64,000 bases of DNA, taken from contig NC_027218.1 of NCBI RefSeq assembly GCF_000981445.1, positions 2,790,001 through 2,854,000 on the forward strand, given 5' to 3'. The position numbers were made by a program, and so were the translations under genes. Below, one piece after another: positions 33,844 to 44,662 of this stretch. Every line of letters begins with the position of its first letter. The first letter of the stretch is position 1. The notes below the pieces were generated by a model. It ran no database searches. It saw only the letters and a program-made list of their open reading frames with translations, and was not told the origin of the DNA. Origin of the DNA: Babesia bigemina (Eukaryota).

Positions 33844-36768
33844 TCATTTCTTGGCGTAGTAGTTCTCGATTTGGATGGTGGATAGAACTACACCCTTGGT
33901 AGTGACGCAGTGGCACTCCAACGGCGGGGTCTGGCGCAGGGTCTCCCCTGGTCCAATGAGTTCACTGTCGAACCGCAGGATAACAAAGTGGTTTGAAGAA
34001 GCTTTCACCAACGAATTGCTGACATTGCTTACGTTCTTCACTTCACCATCTACATAAACTTGGTCGAAGCAATTGGGTGGGTCCAGCGCATAAGGAGCCG
34101 GGCAGTAGAATGCAGTCTTGTGTGCGACCTGAAGGTCTATCTTGCAACCGAACTTACGTCGTCCGTTAGCGTCATTGAGTTTAGGTGTCTCAGGCTTGAA
34201 CAACTCATCCGATGAGGACGTAACACCGCAGCCTTGCACGTAGGGATCTGTCGTCTCCACAGCAACTTCAACGACGTGCCACGTGTACCGCTCACCTAAC
34301 CGCATGATCTGAAAATTGGGTTGCTCAGATGCGCTTGAATTTGTGATGCCATCGGAGATGATGGACAAATCGGATGGTTCAGGTCGTTTGCCGCAGACAA
34401 ATGCCATGGATACGGCCTTCGCATTTCTTGGATTCTTGGATATTAGTATTGCGCCTCGATGTGACGATATAGCCAATTGTAGGTATCCGGGTATCCCCCA
34501 TTGCTCAGAATAAGTGATTTCCAATGCACCCTCAGTCATAGCTATGGAATGTTCGTATTTTTCAGGCATTAGTTTAGGCCCATCTGGCGTATGGGAAAAG
34601 GCATAAAAAAAAATTTGGGGATTGTCAGGGAACCATTTCAATTTATTTCTGCCAGTGTTCGCATCAATATTTAGAGGTTGATTAATTGTGTGGAACGTAT
34701 CAAAATCATTTTCACATTGCAACTTCAACGTTCTTCCCACTTCCATCTTTATCGTCCTCTGTGGTACATAACTCATCATAAGATATTCGGGTGTTGTGGC
34801 TCCTTCCATTGCCAAACCGACTTCCCTCCATGGCATCAATACGTGAGGAAGTGACGTGCGCCGTTGATATGCATGGCGCACTTTGTATGCGTGAACTTCA
34901 TTTGTCATATACTTCAAAATAAGCCTAGACGTTTCGTATCCACGTTGATCAACACAGGCGCAAGCATAACTGAAAGGGATATCGCCGTTTAAGCCAATAT
35001 CGAACACATGTAATCCTGGAATACGATAAGTCGTCGCATTGCAAACAGATTCAGGAAGCATCATAACCTTATTGGATGATAGGTCGTATCCTGTGGACTC
35101 GCAATTATCCGGCAACAACTCTTCGCCTGGTCGGCAGTGAATACCCACTTGCCATCCGTCACACTTAATCTGGTAAGCGCATTCATAGATTGGTCCTATC
35201 CCATTTCCCATCGGTTTGACTGCACAATAGTCCTTACTCAACTCGGGATCAAATACTGTCTGTGGCCCCTGTTCGCAACCAACTATATCATAGTAATGAG
35301 TGAGTGCGAAGGATACATTCACCGCGGCGCCTATCCTTTCAAATATGTAGTTGTTTATAGCGTTTAATGTCCAATGATAAAGAAATGAGTTTGTTCCAGC
35401 TTTTAATGCGAGAGGTTTGCTTGAATGATATTTCAGTTTTACTTCCCCATGGGACATTTGTGAAGTATCTAACTCAAGCGCATCACCAGCAAGGGCCATT
35501 TGATACCCAACTTCCTCGTAGATATAAGTATCGTAAGCTGTACTCAGTTGCCGAAGCGTGGTCAAGTTGTTTGGAAGGAATTCAGTTTTGAATAAATATC
35601 TGGGAGGGTCTTCAGATGGAGGGCCAGACGTGGAAGCCTCGTCGATATCCATGTCAAACTCGTCTTCTGAGGTTGCACCTGGAGACTCTATTGGGAATCT
35701 GATGGTCAAGGTGCTGCCCGGGTGTAACACTACAGAGCACCAAGGGCCACGTATTGGCTGAACACGGTGGCGGAATATCTTGCTGGCAATGTCACAGACG
35801 TATTCCGTTCTCCCACGGACCTCTATCTTGGCTTTCACCTGACCAGTCCCAGGATCTATGCATCTGCACTCGCCACCAAATTGTGGCAGTACAAATTTAT
35901 CAAAATATTTGCCTACTACCCAAGGTCTATGGAGGTGAAAATTCCGATAGGGATGCGGCTCGGGGGCAGCCACAACTTCTCCATTATGGTCAATGAGTGA
36001 TCTCATGCAATCATAAGGTTCAACAAGCCCATCGCAGAGAAATCCAATGGGTACATCAGACACAGGATCCACTACACATGAAGTCACTCCAGTGACGGGG
36101 TCGACTGTAACTTGATTGTCCGGAGCAAAAAGTGGTGAAGGGCGGCTACCACAGCCTTGAAGACGTGAATATGTGCGTTCACCGTACAAGATGAACACAC
36201 CCAATGCATGCCCCATCTTAGATATTTCATCTGACAGTGATGTTGGTGGGTTCCAAGGAATGTCGTGGATTTCTATCGTACCATTCAGGCGGTCCAGGTG
36301 ACGTTGCAGCGTATCGCTCAGAGTCAGGTCTCGCGGGCCGCATATGAATATCCAGCGGCGCTCTGTCATTGCAAACAACTGATCATTAGGTATATCTATT
36401 ATAAGCGCCGTGTGCAATTCGTCAGATCCCATCGAAGCCAATGTCACTGGCGATTCGGTTAAGAACACCTCCGAAAGCGCAACAGAACGAAAAGTACCTT
36501 CATCACTAACATATGTTTTGAGATGAGAGTATTCATACGTGTACGGTTGCGGATGTAAAGTATACTCGATGTTGTTAAGTCGCCGAGGACAGGTCACAAC
36601 TGCAGAAGAAAAGTCATCAATATCCATGTGGCACATCACGAGAGCATTGTTGATGAGCAGATCATCCGGATCTCCGAAATCACAACGCATTAGATCAATA
36701 CATCTAACGTACTGTAGCCATGTTGCGCATAGCATCAAGACAAGGCCCCTCACTCTAGATACGTCCAT
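33844..36768 (-). CDS. Secreted s48/45 (6-Cys)-like multi-domain protein, paralogue A
   Basis: Signal peptide from ATG 36768 (MDVSRVRGLVLMLCATWLQYVRC). Repeated Cys modules QGCG...C...GFLC...P.DC...ECRC, ending AFYCPAPYALDPPNCF...LECHC. No hydrophobic C-terminus. Confidence 0.75.
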   Translation of the reverse strand: MDVSRVRGLVLMLCATWLQYVRCIDLMRCDFGDPDDLLINNALVMCHMDIDDFSSAVVTCPRRLNNIEYTLHPQPYTYEYSHLKTYVSDEGTFRSVALSEVFLTESPVTLASMGSDELHTALIIDIPNDQLFAMTERRWIFICGPRDLTLSDTLQRHLDRLNGTIEIHDIPWNPPTSLSDEISKMGHALGVFILYGERTYSRLQGCGSRPSPLFAPDNQVTVDPVTGVTSCVVDPVSDVPIGFLCDGLVEPYDCMRSLIDHNGEVVAAPEPHPYRNFHLHRPWVVGKYFDKFVLPQFGGECRCIDPGTGQVKAKIEVRGRTEYVCDIASKIFRHRVQPIRGPWCSVVLHPGSTLTIRFPIESPGATSEDEFDMDIDEASTSGPPSEDPPRYLFKTEFLPNNLTTLRQLSTAYDTYIYEEVGYQMALAGDALELDTSQMSHGEVKLKYHSSKPLALKAGTNSFLYHWTLNAINNYIFERIGAAVNVSFALTHYYDIVGCEQGPQTVFDPELSKDYCAVKPMGNGIGPIYECAYQIKCDGWQVGIHCRPGEELLPDNCESTGYDLSSNKVMMLPESVCNATTYRIPGLHVFDIGLNGDIPFSYACACVDQRGYETSRLILKYMTNEVHAYKVRHAYQRRTSLPHVLMPWREVGLAMEGATTPEYLMMSYVPQRTIKMEVGRTLKLQCENDFDTFHTINQPLNIDANTGRNKLKWFPDNPQIFFYAFSHTPDGPKLMPEKYEHSIAMTEGALEITYSEQWGIPGYLQLAISSHRGAILISKNPRNAKAVSMAFVCGKRPEPSDLSIISDGITNSSASEQPNFQIMRLGERYTWHVVEVAVETTDPYVQGCGVTSSSDELFKPETPKLNDANGRRKFGCKIDLQVAHKTAFYCPAPYALDPPNCFDQVYVDGEVKNVSNVSNSLVKASSNHFVILRFDSELIGPGETLRQTPPLECHCVTTKGVVLSTIQIENYYAKK

Positions 36769-36917
36769 TGTGATTGACGGTGTTGCGATGCGTGCCACAA
36801 ACTATACTATCGACCGCTTAATGAAGCTAAGGTTATGGCAACAACATTAATAGGATATAATGTACCCATTAGGTTCGAAAAAGGTTTCATTTGTTGCATA
36901 TAAGCGCAATGATTCTA

Positions 36918-36961
36918 CATGGCTCACAGCAGCTGTCTGGATGCTCACCGAAGAATTTTCC
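36918..36961 (-). promoter_or_regulatory. Conserved upstream element of 6-Cys-like gene A
   Basis: Minus strand GGAAAATTCTTCGGTGAGCATCCAGACAGCTGCTGTGAGCCATG, ~150-190 bp upstream of the ATG; homologous to 38260-38299. Confidence 0.5.
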
Positions 36962-38259
36962 TCCACCACTCCAAACGCGATAATAATGTAATTAAGCGGA
37001 TAAATGTGATGAGCGACATTGTGTTCTGATTGTGTTAAATATTGTGTTGCTTAAAGTAACCTCAGAAGTTTAACACCGAGGCATCCTCAGTGTGCCAGGC
37101 AAGGAGTTTCCTCCATGCCAGCTACTGAAAACAAACTAACGGATGTAATAGTTTCAGATAAGCGACATCATACGGATAGAATTACAGACCACGTTGCTAC
37201 GAATCCAGATTAATAATGTGAAACTGGTGCACAAAAGGACAATGTACGAGGTGTAGGTGCATTATCCCCAAAGGAAAGTGTTCAGTTGACTGAAAAAGTT
37301 TTCGACAATGTAGTGTGCAATTACGACTATCACACTTAGAGTATAGTACGATGTAGGGAAAGAGGCTTGTACCCAGGCAGCATGGGTGACATCCCGCATG
37401 GCACCTCATGTGACAGGCAACTGGACGGAGTGGTAAATGGAACCAATACCTGAATTCACTGACACGTAATGCCGGTAGACGATACAGTAGTGGCGTGTCA
37501 ATAGAATCTACTTGTCACAATAGACAAAAACCGAGTGAGCGGATTTTATATGCACCAGTTGATCGAGGTAAATAAAAATGACGTTCATGTTCAGAATCTT
37601 ATAGAAGTCTAAATAGTTATTAATGCTTCGTCTTATACACCTTTTCATAGTGGTTTATTGAGAGGCCTCACCATAGTAGCTTTGTAAGTTCGCTACACTG
37701 CCAATATTATCAGCGGTTGCACATTATTATGTTTTTTCATCTTATAGTGTGCCATGTGATTACTTGATTAGGGCCGAGTTTCGGCTACTCGGGGCTATCG
37801 CCTCACGCTGCTATTGGTTGCGGTTTCCACGTTGGTCTATTGTTGATCGTAACTGGCGCCATCCACTCTATATTTGCGCCTCTTTCATCTACAAGCTCAT
37901 ATGTGGCTCCGTTAAATATCATTTGTCACATAAATTGCCACCTTGAACATTGCCCTCTAGGTGAATTCTCAGCACTTCAAATCCTCCACCAGCCCCAATT
38001 TTTCCATCCTCTTGTAAAAACTTATTTTACATAAAAAACACAAAGGATCACATTAATTCCCACGGCTGTGCTATTGTATACCGATTATTATGCCGCCATA
38101 TGTTCTGTGTTGATTACTGTCGACAGGCTCAGGAATGATTCCTCTTGGACTAATGTTTTGTGTTCTAATAATCAATAACTTCTTAGCCAGCATGATAAGG
38201 TGCACTGATTATAACACCTGACCGGCTGATGTATTGGCTATTTAGATTGTGTCTACAAA

Positions 38260-38299
38260 GGAATTTTCCTCGAGAACCTGACAGCTAGCTGCAGCTATG
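38260..38299 (+). promoter_or_regulatory. Conserved upstream element of 6-Cys-like gene B
   Basis: GGAATTTTCCTCGAGAACCTGACAGCTAGCTGCAGCTATG, ~150-190 bp upstream of ATG 38447; homologous to the element upstream of gene A. Confidence 0.5.
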
Positions 38300-38446
38300 G
38301 GGTTTAAGTGGCTTTTATTTTCACAACGCATCTTATAGAATATATTTTTTCCTAAAATGTCATCCATCTATGAAATGGATCTTTTGGCATTACCTTTTTG
38401 TATTTTTGCACCTATTTATTGATCTTTTGATGACAAATCAATAACA

Positions 38447-41308
38447 ATGGTGAAACTTAGAATGGTGTCCCTGTTGTACTGCGCAATATGGATGCATTGG
38501 ATTGGCTGCCTTGACGCACTTCTTTGTGACTTATCAGATCCAGAAGAACCACTTGGGAGCCATGCGCTTGTTATGTGTCATATGGATACCGACACAATGG
38601 AGGATGCAATTGCAACGTGCCCTCGCCGAATCAACGACAACACCGAATATGTTTGGCATCCTCAACCAACGACCGATGGGCATCCTCATATCAAAACATA
38701 CGTTAATGATAACGGCAGTTTACGTTCTCGAGATCTTTCGGATATAGTGATTACAGAAAAACAAGCTTCATTTATATCGGTGGAGTCAAATCGGTCGCAA
38801 ACGGAACTTTACTTCAACTTCCCATCTCATGAATTGTTTATCCTTACTGAACGCCGTCTTATATTCATTTGCGGCCCCAGAGATTTAGTATTGAGCGATA
38901 CGATGCAGCGTCACATTTACGGTCTCAAAGACACCTACCACATGGACTTGCTTCCGTGGAACTCATCGGCACCACTAGTCGAAGAACTAAAAGAAATAAG
39001 GAAGGGTTTAGGTGTATTTTTCGTGAACATAGGACGTTCGCACCTACCTCTTCAAGGCTGCGGCAGCCGCGCCTCACCACTTTTTTCACCGGACAACGTG
39101 GTTACCGAGGATAGCTTTACTGGCACCCGTTCATGTGTGGCGGATCCGATGTCAAGCTTACCGATAGGATTTGTTTGCGAAGGTCGCATTCAACCTGAGA
39201 ATTGCATGAAATCACTCCTGGACAAGAATGGTTACACTGTAACTGCTCCCTCACCACATAAATATTGGCATTTTGATGACCATAGGCCTTGGGTGGTGGC
39301 GCAATATTTTGATCAATTAGCATTACCGCCCTTTACAGGCGAATGCAGGTGTGTCGATTCCGAAACAGGCCAGGTAAAGGCGAGGATAGAGATCCGTCAA
39401 AAAACCGAATACACTTGTGACATCACTAGAATGATTTTTCGCAATCGTATTCGCCCTATTCCAGGCCCTTGGTGTTCGGTTGTCCTTCACCCTGGCAGCA
39501 CGTTGACCATAAAGGTGCCGATACAGAAGGTTTATCGGCAATCTTTTGACGGTTCTCCCACTGTTTCATTCTCACAAATGATGTCTCTCTATGATTTCGA
39601 AACTGAATTCCTGCCGAATGACCTGATGACGCTGCGGCAACTACACGCAATTTATGACCTTGCATCTTACGACGAAATTTTTTATCAGGAAAGCCTTGTT
39701 GGTGATGCGCTCGAGTTGGATGTTTCCCAAATAAGTAGAGGGGAGGTGAAGCTGAAGTATAATATGGGCAGACCTCTGGCGTTAAAAGGAGGATCGAACT
39801 CATTCTTATACCATTTGACAGTAAGATCAAGAAACGTGAACATTCAAGAAAGTATAAGCGCTACCATCAATGTTGCATTTGCCTTCACGCATCACTACCA
39901 TGCTGTTGGTTGCGATCGTGGGCCACAAAACCTATTCGCACCCAGCATTAGCAAATTGTTTTGTTCAGCTAAACGGTGGGGTAACGGTATCGGAGAAACG
40001 TACGAATGCACGTCCTATTCAACGCTGGTTATTTCATGGGCTGGTATCCAGTGCAAGCCCGATGAGGAGCTTTTGCCAGCAAACTGTGACTCCACGGTAT
40101 ATGATTTCCACTCGAACGGTGTTGTGCCATTGCCTAAGTCTGTGCAGCACGCGACGGTCGTCCGTATCCTAGGCTTTCAAACGTTAGGTTTCACAGACAA
40201 AACCCCCCCCGCCAGTATTGGCTGCATATGTGTCGACCAAAGTGGCTACGAAAAGTCCAGGCTTATTTTGGAGACAAACAAGTATGAGTCGCGTAGGTAC
40301 ACAGTAAATGATGGAGAGGTGGTCAACATTTCACAACCTCATAGGTTACTGTATTGGCATGCGATTGGATTAACTGGCGGGTTGCCCACATCACGCGACT
40401 ATTTGGTGTTAAACAACGTATCTCATAAAGTAATTACTCTGCGAGGAGGCAAAGCGTTGTTCATACGCTGTAGTGTTGCACCTGGTGCGCAACAAGGCGT
40501 GAATGGCGCTAACATACGACCGATGTGGTTGCCATCGTCGTATAACAATCATCATTATACAACAAAACAGACTCCGGATGGGCCTGAACTTGTTCTTGCG
40601 GCACACGGCGATTCAGTTGCTACTACACCGGGTGGCTTCGAAGTCTTTGCTATCATTACCACGCCAACAAATTACGAGTTGGGCATTAGATCGCAAAGAC
40701 AAGCCGTGGTTATATCTAGAGATCCACTTCATACGCACTACGTGCCCATGACATTTGTCTGTGTTAAGACACCACAACAATCTGATTTTTCCGTAGTCGC
40801 AAATGATGCGTTAACTTCAGACGACGATGGACAGCGCAATGCACGCAGAATCGAATCATCACAACGATATAAGTGGCACGTCGTGGATATTCACGTCGAA
40901 ACCACCGACCCGTATATGCAAGGGTGCGGTGTTACCTACGAGTCTGCTGGATTGTTCAAGCCCGAGACACCCAAAATATACGACGCCGACGGAAGAGAAA
41001 TCGGTTGCAAGATTGACATTCAGGCTGCTAAGGAAGCAGCGTTCTACTGCCCAGTGCCGTACGTCCTGGACCCACCCAACTGCTTCCACCAAATGTTAGT
41101 AAACGGCAGCGTCCAGAACATAAACGACTTCAGCCATTCTTTGGTAGCGTCACATTCCAATCACTTTGTCTTACTATATTCGTTCAGTAAACTCTCAGGA
41201 CATGGGGAAAAGCTGCGCCAATCTCCGCCACTTGAATGCCGCTGCGTCACCGTCAAAGGCATCGTCCTCTCCACCATCCAAATCGAGAATTACTACTGCA
41301 AGGAATGA
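38447..41308 (+). CDS. Secreted s48/45 (6-Cys)-like multi-domain protein, paralogue B
   Basis: 953-aa ORF with a signal peptide, colinear with paralogue A (IFICGPRDL, QGCGSR.SPLF, GPWCSVVLHPGSTLTI, GDALELD, LSTIQIENYY). Confidence 0.78.
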   Translation: MVKLRMVSLLYCAIWMHWIGCLDALLCDLSDPEEPLGSHALVMCHMDTDTMEDAIATCPRRINDNTEYVWHPQPTTDGHPHIKTYVNDNGSLRSRDLSDIVITEKQASFISVESNRSQTELYFNFPSHELFILTERRLIFICGPRDLVLSDTMQRHIYGLKDTYHMDLLPWNSSAPLVEELKEIRKGLGVFFVNIGRSHLPLQGCGSRASPLFSPDNVVTEDSFTGTRSCVADPMSSLPIGFVCEGRIQPENCMKSLLDKNGYTVTAPSPHKYWHFDDHRPWVVAQYFDQLALPPFTGECRCVDSETGQVKARIEIRQKTEYTCDITRMIFRNRIRPIPGPWCSVVLHPGSTLTIKVPIQKVYRQSFDGSPTVSFSQMMSLYDFETEFLPNDLMTLRQLHAIYDLASYDEIFYQESLVGDALELDVSQISRGEVKLKYNMGRPLALKGGSNSFLYHLTVRSRNVNIQESISATINVAFAFTHHYHAVGCDRGPQNLFAPSISKLFCSAKRWGNGIGETYECTSYSTLVISWAGIQCKPDEELLPANCDSTVYDFHSNGVVPLPKSVQHATVVRILGFQTLGFTDKTPPASIGCICVDQSGYEKSRLILETNKYESRRYTVNDGEVVNISQPHRLLYWHAIGLTGGLPTSRDYLVLNNVSHKVITLRGGKALFIRCSVAPGAQQGVNGANIRPMWLPSSYNNHHYTTKQTPDGPELVLAAHGDSVATTPGGFEVFAIITTPTNYELGIRSQRQAVVISRDPLHTHYVPMTFVCVKTPQQSDFSVVANDALTSDDDGQRNARRIESSQRYKWHVVDIHVETTDPYMQGCGVTYESAGLFKPETPKIYDADGREIGCKIDIQAAKEAAFYCPVPYVLDPPNCFHQMLVNGSVQNINDFSHSLVASHSNHFVLLYSFSKLSGHGEKLRQSPPLECRCVTVKGIVLSTIQIENYYCKE

Positions 41309-41562
41309 GTAGATTAAACTCGTTAACTCGTTTGGCAAGTAGAGACTTTAATTGTCATCGTTTATGTTGGTGTCTGATGGTGTCAGAAGAAGTGACCGTT
41401 TAGGAGACTACATGCTTGTATGTCTTGAAATGAACATTTCATTGTGTTAACACATTTGCCTTAATGCCACTAACCAGATTATAGTGAGCTGTGTTGCTAC
41501 TTGCCTGGTGCCCGTTTCTGATTTTGCGGGTTCCATGTCGGTCCGTTGACGATCGTAACATG

Positions 41563-42223
41563 TCATACATGCGGGCATTTATTTCGTTTAGGCGAATTAC
41601 ACTTTGAAATATTCGTGCTGCCTATTGGGAACATTTCGGTAGAGTTGTTGATCACTGGATGTTCGTAGCGCTGGGTTCCATTCAACTGTCGCTTGGCTTG
41701 TAAGACCGTCTTCACCTCTATGTAAAACTTTCGTTTGATGCACTCAATAAAGTCTAACATCACAATGACAGTTAGCGGATGAGCAGTATAATATATTATC
41801 GACTGCCCTTGAACGCCGCCATCGCGTAAACTACTTTGGCAACGCTTTCGCACGTCTCTGCGTTGACAGCCAAACCACAGTTCCCGTACATTATCTTTCT
41901 GCGGGAGTGCCCAATCACGAACATATAGATACAGAGAATACAAACTAGATATTAGGTTTTAACAGTACGTAGCATCATCTACAATTCTGAGCGTGCTTAC
42001 GTCGAGTTTTTGTTGATGGCAACCCTAAGACACGCCTCTTGTATGCCTTGTATACTCGTCGTCGCATCTCCATTTCATCGGGAATTCGGACGATCCAGTG
42101 CACAGGATGCGCCAGTTGATTCGGAATATACGATGGCAATTCCACAGCGGCGAAGTTGAGATAGAATGGAAATGCATTCTTCACTCCTCGAGCAGCGATT
42201 GACGCACAGCTAGTCACATTCAT
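41563..42223 (-). CDS. Hypothetical protein, probable 3 exons, ~184 aa
   Basis: Exons 42223-42001, 41944-41804 and 41753-41563 join in phase via GT-AG introns into one ORF. No family recognised. Confidence 0.45.
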
Positions 42224-42234
42224 ATTCGTCAATT

Positions 42235-43375
42235 TCAAGCGGACAAGTCTCGTAAAAGCCGGTATTTCGAACAACACTGATACACAGTTGCGATTAGGTT
42301 AATTGCAAGAATTGCTGCGATAATCCCGAAGTAGGCACTCGTCTCCGTAGCGTACACGATTAACTCCTCGGATGCAATGTTCGGTAATGAAGCTGCGGCT
42401 ACGGCCAGCACGAGGCATGTATTGTTAATTGCCCCGTTTATCAGGTGATACAATTCCAGTCGCGTATCCGTTTTCGCAGGAGTGTTGTACGACCTAACGT
42501 ACCTTGTCAGGGCCCAATCGATTGCGGTTTGTGCTATCACGCGCGTGCTGAAGTATGTAACAAACGGATATACGATGTGGAAGCTCCTGAATTTTTCGTG
42601 CCAGTTCCACCTATTCGACAAATGTAGGGATGCAACTATCACTGCGGATACTATAATCTGTGTTAAGAAACAACACGTCCAGATGATTTTTGCCACAGTA
42701 CGATTCGGATAACGCTCTTTATTCTCTGCAGCATGGGTTTCCGCAGACGCTCCGACAACTGTGTTTTCCTCTCCGCAGATGCTTACAACAGTATCACCAG
42801 ATGCGGCTGTAGCCACTGAATACACTTGCACAATGCTATCCACTGACGAAGAGGCTGCTAATTGCGTCGGAGTGTCGATACAATCAGTGTCTGCAAAGTC
42901 ACTCTGTAGACTGTATCCAGTGGCTTCGTAATTCAAATTATTGGTCTTTGTTAAATACACCTTTGTTCCAGTACGATGGTAGACGTTCCAATTATCTTCT
43001 GATGTATAGGCCGCGTCGCTCGCAACGGATCGGATCACCGGTCCTCCAACGTTCAAATCATCACCCGGGACGTCCGATATCCCCGGAGATTGCTCACCTT
43101 CGTCTTCTAGCGTGACTTCCACCTCACGAGCCTCTTGTTCACTATTTACCCATCTGTCTAGATAGCACTTGGCCTGGAGGTGAAGTTGCGCGAGGTCAGC
43201 CAGTTGACGCGCCTTGTGGCGTCTCTCGAAAAGCAGCCCAGTGCTCACCAGCAGCTCCGAATAGACAGCACGCTGACGAATACCTGTATATACTGTTAGC
43301 GGCGTAAAAGTTAAGATAACTGTGTGCCTATGTCATGTGTAAGGTGACGAACCAACCTGGCGGTGCCGGTGGCAT
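42235..43375 (-). CDS. Hypothetical membrane protein (~4 C-terminal TM segments), 2 exons
   Basis: A 19-nt exon 43375-43357 (MPPAPPG) and intron 43356-43284 splice in phase onto the 42235-43248 ORF. Acidic/Ser-rich N-half, hydrophobic C-half. Confidence 0.65.
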
Positions 43376-44662
43376 CTGAGAGCGTGTATTGCCGGTGTCG
43401 GAGACCTCCGGCAAATTAAGCGCAGTTTCTACGGAGCGGCAAAGGGCGGATTCGTGTGGTTGAGGTGTATGTGTGAGGGGAGTCGGCGTCACTCTCGCGT
43501 CGCCCTCCGTACGTGTCGCAGTCACGCGATACTTGATATTCCGGCGTGGTTCGGGAATCGTGCAGATGTGGGTGTGTGTAGCGCCGTGGTTCGTATTGTG
43601 ACGCCACTGTGAGTGTTGTTGTCCACCCCTTTCGTGTCGCTTGCGTGCAGTGGATTTGGTTGGTGTTGCAGGATGAGCGCATTGGCCAGCTCCCTTTCAG
43701 TGAATCTGAGCCAGGTTCTGCAGAAGAATGTGCATCTGCTCGACCTTCAGTACGACCATTACTGCAAATACGTGGCAGCTGGGTGTCGATCGCAGAATGG
43801 CTCTGAGGTGGTGATTTTGGAGAAGGATGTGTCTGCCGATGACTCCGGCAGCTTCCGCGTGGTGAGCAGCGTGAGCACTCGTTGCGATCCTGTGTTGTTG
43901 TGCTGGGCTCCTCCCCAATTTGGGAGGGTGCTGTTGGTGGCATTGAGCGACAACTCCATTTCGTTCTACCAGCATGCGCCGTCAGCGGGAGTGTGGCAGC
44001 TGTCGTTGTACCAGGAGAAGCGCGATGTGCAGAAGTCGATAAGTTGTATGAGTGTGGGCGTGTCACCGAAGGGCGAGCTGCTGTGCGCCGTTGGTTCGCC
44101 CGGCGGCAGCATCGGCGTGATCTTTTGTGAGGGATCGTTTGAGTGCGTTGAGTTCCAGGCCCACTGCGGCGGTGTGAGCAGCGTTTGCTTCGCCGGTAAC
44201 GACAGTGTGTTGTCTGGTGGCAGTGCTGGGCGTTCGTGTCAGCTTGCCAGCGGTGGCAGCGACGGCTGCGTGAAGGTTTGGCAACTGGTCGATCGCAAGT
44301 TCCAGCTGCTGAAGACGTTGCCTCTGGAGTGCGAGTCCAAGAGCCTTACTCAGGTGAAGTGCCTGTGCTGGAACAAGAGCGGCGACCGCTTGGCGGTTGG
44401 CACTGGTGGCAATTTGTTGTTGTTCGGCGGTGGGCCCGAGTGGTCTGAGTGCCAGCGCGTTGGCCTTCCTCGCGCGTCCGCGAATGTCTCCGCGTCATTC
44501 AGCAACGAGCGCCTGGTGGTCTCGTGCGACAACGAGTGCTTCGTGTACCGCGCCGACGACCGTGGCGCGTACGAGCTCTCCACCGCGCTCCAGGCTTCCA
44601 CCGAATAACAACCACCGCTCCGACACACACGCACATCATTCAATCGGAACTATCTAATTTTA
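43329..44662. repeat. 1334-bp direct repeat, copy 2
   Basis: Near-identical to 21933-23266. Confidence 0.97.
43673..44608 (+). CDS. Sec13/Seh1-like WD40 protein, copy 2
   Basis: Translation identical to copy 1. Confidence 0.75.
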   Translation: MSALASSLSVNLSQVLQKNVHLLDLQYDHYCKYVAAGCRSQNGSEVVILEKDVSADDSGSFRVVSSVSTRCDPVLLCWAPPQFGRVLLVALSDNSISFYQHAPSAGVWQLSLYQEKRDVQKSISCMSVGVSPKGELLCAVGSPGGSIGVIFCEGSFECVEFQAHCGGVSSVCFAGNDSVLSGGSAGRSCQLASGGSDGCVKVWQLVDRKFQLLKTLPLECESKSLTQVKCLCWNKSGDRLAVGTGGNLLLFGGGPEWSECQRVGLPRASANVSASFSNERLVVSCDNECFVYRADDRGAYELSTALQASTE

